In this document: positions 60,118 through 64,000 of the stretch, piece after piece
Numbering within the stretch: position 1 is the first letter of the stretch
Layout: each line of letters opens with the position of its first letter
Assembly (NCBI GenBank): GCA_027923505.1
Contig: BROI01000007.1
Coordinates: 1 to 64,000, forward strand
Source of the DNA: Mayamaea pseudoterrestris
Taxonomy: Eukaryota
Direction of reading: 5' to 3'
Length of the DNA stretch: 64,000 bases
The notes under the pieces: generated by a model
Told to the model about the DNA's origin: nothing
Database searches by the model: none
The model's input: only the letters and a program-made list of their open reading frames with translations
Translations under genes and position numbers: made by a program

Positions 60118-60248
60118 TAAGACCTGAAAACCCCAAAGAATGGTCTTGTGTTGGTTCTCATCAATGATGCCTTCTCGCATGACCTTGTTGAGAAACTCAC
60201 GGTCTTCCTGTGACATGGGCAATGGATATGTAGTGAAGGCTGCTTGAC

Positions 60249-61330
60249 GCATTATGAGTATGTCTGTGTCTTTGTGGTGATTTGGCGATGGCTATGAAGA
60301 CTCCTAAAGCCTTCATGGATGAGCTCAGGTCCAAGTACCACTACAAATTGAAAGGTGTTGGTCTGATTTTCCTACCATTTGAGTGCAGACTTCTTCCGCA
60401 ATCCTGATGGAATGCTGTGCATGGGCGCCAAGACTTATCTCGGCGGGCTGCTCAAGAACTATGAAATGATGTTTGGTAAGAAGGCCAAGCTGAGGATGTC
60501 ACCCATGGACAATTTTGACTATTCTGAGCTTGATATTGATGAGTTGGATGTGAAGGGTATTCGGATGTACCAGTCTGTGATTAAGACACTTCAGTGGGCA
60601 ATAAGCTTGTTTTGTTACAACTTTCACTATGGGTCATTTTTTAGTTGCACCGCGGTATGGCCATCTTTAGCGTTTGAAATGGATTGATGGCAACCTTGCT
60701 TGGTATCCGGATGCTGATAGTCATTTTGCTTTGGCATTCCTCTTCATGATGCACCTGAGCCAGTGGAGGGGGTATAGACTGTCTATGGAGACAGCGCTGA
60801 TGAGGAGCCATGGAACATGCCCATGCCAAGGGGCAAATTCATCCGTCTGACAACTTTGAAGACGCCAACCTGTATCATGAATATACTACAGGCCGCACTG
60901 CCATGGGTGTCCTGCATTTCTTGAACCAGGCTCTGGTTGAGTGGTTGTCCAAGAGACAGAACACGTTGAGACTGCCACGTATGGATCCAAGTTTGTCTCT
61001 GTCAAGACTGTGACAGAGCAGATTATGGATTTCTGGTACACTCTGTATGTGATGGGTGTTCCATTGGATGGACCTGCCTGGATGTTTGGAGACAATGAGA
61101 GCATTGTCACTTTGTCAACTATTTCTCACTCGTCACTTACCAAGCAACACCATGCACTTGCGTACCACAGGGTTCGCAAAGCAATTGCCTTTGGAGTGCT
61201 GCATTTCAAGCACCTCTCGGGCAAGCAGAACACGAGTGACGTGCTTACCAAGTTATTTCCCATGTGGTGTTTGGGCCATTAATTTGGCCAGTGCTTTTCT
61301 GGAGAGGTGAGACGGTGATAAAGGATGGAG
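60249..61330 (+). pseudogene. Decayed copia RT C-terminus and RNase H
   Basis: HYEYVCV, YKLKGVG, LCMGAKTY, FEDANLYHEYTTGR, VETATYGS, GVPLDGPAWMFGDNES and SDVLTK occur across several frames. Confidence 0.9.
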
Positions 61331-62132
61331 TAGCACAAGCTTGGACTCTGGGGATGATGCAATGTAGGCAAATGGAGAGCCTGAATCTTATGCGACATGG
61401 TTTGTTATTCTACATCCCAAGGGTGATCCAGTTATTTAAATCTCACACTCGTCCTGTGTTGACCTCATGGTATGGAGGAGCTATGTCTTTTTCTTCTTGG
61501 ACAGTAGCCATGGTGTAGAATCAATGGAGTGGGAGAAATCACTGACCCGTACGAAGTAGGGTCCAGTGAGTATACATTTTCTCGCGTCTGTCAGTCAAGG
61601 TGTCTGTGCGACTACCGGTAAATTAATGAAACTCTAACGTACAGAACCTGTCGGAATGCTAAATGTCACATTGACGCATTACTTCAGATAACTATAAGGA
61701 CCGCACAAAGCTGTACAGTACCATAACATAGGAAATAGGTTACATCCATGTACTATTAATATTATTGACAGGCCCTAACCACAATAGCAGAGCTACCGTC
61801 ACCCACCAGTGCACTACATGCAGAGGTGCACATGTATCTACTCAGCCATATGATACGAGCCATTGGGAAAGGCACTACTACACTGCAAAAGGCAGAGCTA
61901 CAGTCAGGCCCCACACTACAAACCCCGCACTACAAGCAGTAAATGAAATTGGTCTCAGGTGTCTATGGAGATACCATCCAGCTTCGAATACGACCATGGA
62001 GACAAGCCCTGCACTCTAAATGGCAGAGCTACAGTCAGGCCCTATTGGTACTCTACAAGCAGCAGATCTACATCAAGATCCCAGGGAGCAACCATCCAGC
62101 TACCAATGCGATACAGTCAAGCCCAACACTAC

Positions 62133-64000
62133 AATGAACAAGAAATCCAACCTAGATGCCTCCGTTTACTACACAAAGACGCGATTGCAGAAAACTTGGG
62201 TAGCTATGTATAGCCGCCCAAGCCGCCGCCACTGAGCTAGCAGAGCTAGAGCAGAGGCTGGATCCGCGCCGAAAGGTGGGATCCCTTGCCAGCTGCTGCA
62301 GTTGCTGCTGCTGAACTCAGGGGTGGGCTAGGGTGGGTACTTTAATCTATCTTTCTTACAGTCCTTGAACGGGAGTTTCAAGGCAAGCAGACCAAAAAGA
62401 ATGAGGACAAGTTGCTTGCTTCCTTTTGGTGGGAAGGCGGGCTTCGCAATCCTTGGAGAGGACCCATGACCTCTGGTCTTGAAACGGAACGCCAATGAGT
62501 CATTGATGACGTCCTTGAGCCAATCAAATCGTCACTTTCTTCCGACACTCCAGAATCCCGAATGAACAAGAAATCCAACCTAGATGCCTTTGTTTACTAC
62601 ACAAAGACGCGATTGCAGAAAACTTGGGTAGCTATGTATAGCCGCCCAAGCCGCCGCCACTGAGCTAGCAGAGCTAGAGCAGAGGCTGGATCCGCGCCAA
62701 AAGGCGGGATCCCTTGCCAGCTGCTGCAGTTGCTGCTGCTGAACTCATGATGGGAATGCAAGGGAACCGCGTGAGGAGCAAACGCCCCAAGCTCTGCTGA
62801 TGCCGAAGGAGGAGGCGAGGCTGGTGTCCAAAACTGGAATGGTGTTGGTGACTGGCGGTGTAGGATTGTTGGTGTGGTTGTGATTGATGGTGTTTTCGGA
62901 GGGTTGAAAGCGAGTAGCGCTAATGGTGTTGAAGCTGGTGACAGTGAGCATCTTCTTAGAGACTCCGGTGGAGAATAGATCGACTTGCTTGCATATGTAT
63001 TCCACAAAGGCCTCACTGCGCCAGTGTCCTTGTAGTTGAATCATTGTAATAGGGACGCCTGACATGTACATTGCCATGGCGGCAGAGGCGCGGATGGAAT
63101 GGAGGCCGATCTTATCCACGGATTAACCAATGGACTCGGGATTGTTGGATCCAATAAAGTTGCGGAGAAACTCGAGAGCTAGCTTGGTGTGTAAGGCGGC
63201 GAGTTTGCCGGCCTCGTTCTCATAGTAATAGAAGAAATCATCGTCTTCACTCATGAGTCCTTTGGCAATGAGGCGGCGAGCTGAGTGGACGAGTTCTGCA
63301 GCTGCAACCACGGGACAGAAGCGAGGATCGCCAGAGCTGTGAGTCGTAACGCTACCATCCTTCACTTGATTCTTTTGCGCTCGAAAGACAAGAGACACAG
63401 AATTGGAAAGATGGAGCGAGGGTGAAGAGTGTGACACGAGCACCCCGTCTTTCCAGAACCGCGTGTCGCAGATGCGAATAGGGAGAGTCCGTCGTTCAAC
63501 TTTGTCTCCTTTATGGATTTGAAGGTATTCACAAGAGCGAAGACCATAGAACGTGGCCAGGGTGATGAGCAGTTGAAAGTGTGTGTAGCTGCGAAGGTTT
63601 GAATGTTCGGCCGCCAGCTTCATCAAAAGAGCCAGCGGGATCGCCTGCTGGTGAGCCGTTGTAGGATCCTCGTTGCGATAGCCACGAAACAAACGTGCTA
63701 GCACGGGGAGCGTCTCGCCTCGAGCATCATGGCGGGGATCGGGGTAGCCGGCGGACGAGGCCTTAGCCACACCTCCGACGGTGGAAGAGACAGATCTGGC
63801 GACCAGTGTAGATCCATTGCGTGCCTTTGAGTAGACTCCGATGCGGACGGACTGGACGAAGGCGACGAAGAGCAGTGCGCGGGTGCCTCGTGAGCAGTCG
63901 ACCATGAAGGGATCGCCTCCAAAACCAGCTCGCTCAGCGGATCATAGCCAACGCTCCCAAGCCATGTCTTCTCGAACATGAGTGGCTCGGGTGATGCCAA
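62133..64000 (-). mobile_element. 3' part of a tyrosine-recombinase retrotransposon (DIRS order, Ngaro/PAT-like)
   Basis: A YR ORF is followed by two 187-bp direct repeats (62561-62747 and 62133-62319) flanking a 241-bp segment. Confidence 0.8.
62745..63905 (-). pseudogene. Tyrosine recombinase with one in-frame stop (63123-63125)
   Basis: FYGLRSCEY (R), QKN (K), CPV, HSIR, QGHW and EY (catalytic Tyr). ORFs 63123-63905 and 62745-63119 are in the same frame. Confidence 0.9.

Noticed and set aside
61350..61700. 3' LTR of the decayed copia at 60249-61330
   Set aside because: The position after a purine run is plausible, but there is no second copy in the window to define it.
62255..62290. Self-cleaving ribozyme in the terminal repeat hairpin
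   Set aside because: No hammerhead CTGANGA/GAAA core or HDV-like pattern could be identified by eye; an Infernal/Rfam scan would settle it.
62745..63905. Phage integrase or bacterial contamination
   Set aside because: The motif style (DP, LRSCEY, CPV, HSIR, GxW.S) and the split direct repeats fit eukaryotic DIRS-order elements, and no phage genes are nearby.

Overview
This is eukaryotic, repeat-saturated DNA with no recognisable host gene, rRNA, tRNA or CRISPR array. The Ty1/copia elements resemble the diatom CoDi type, so a diatom or other stramenopile is inferred but not proven. Layout: (1) 1-3.6 kb, a decayed minus-strand copia. (2) 3.7-25.6 kb, a layered satellite field: SatA (~181 bp), SatB (~351 bp, a dimer of ~176-bp halves), SatC (~353 bp) and a SatA variant organised as a 532-bp trimer. 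(3) 25.1-52.6 kb, four near-identical copies of one young copia family F1 (311-bp LTRs, single gag-PR-IN-chromodomain-like-RT-RH ORF, intact at 38200-43992); two copies are head-to-head around a gypsy fragment. (4) 45.4-58 kb, an older copia hosting two nested insertions, both at AACTT. (5) 58-60 kb, a composite tandem repeat made of a copia RNase H fragment plus a variable 13-bp minisatellite. (6) 60-64 kb, a decayed copia RT/RH and the 3' end of a tyrosine-recombinase retroelement with split direct repeats. The strongest novel-looking signal is a primer-binding site, GATTAACAGTCTT, shared by copia families with unrelated LTRs and complementary to a tRNA-Asn(GUU) anticodon arm, suggesting priming by a cleaved tRNA-Asn half. 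Indel-rich stretches and three exact tandem duplications suggest long-read assembly artefacts, so copy numbers and frameshifts need checking against reads.
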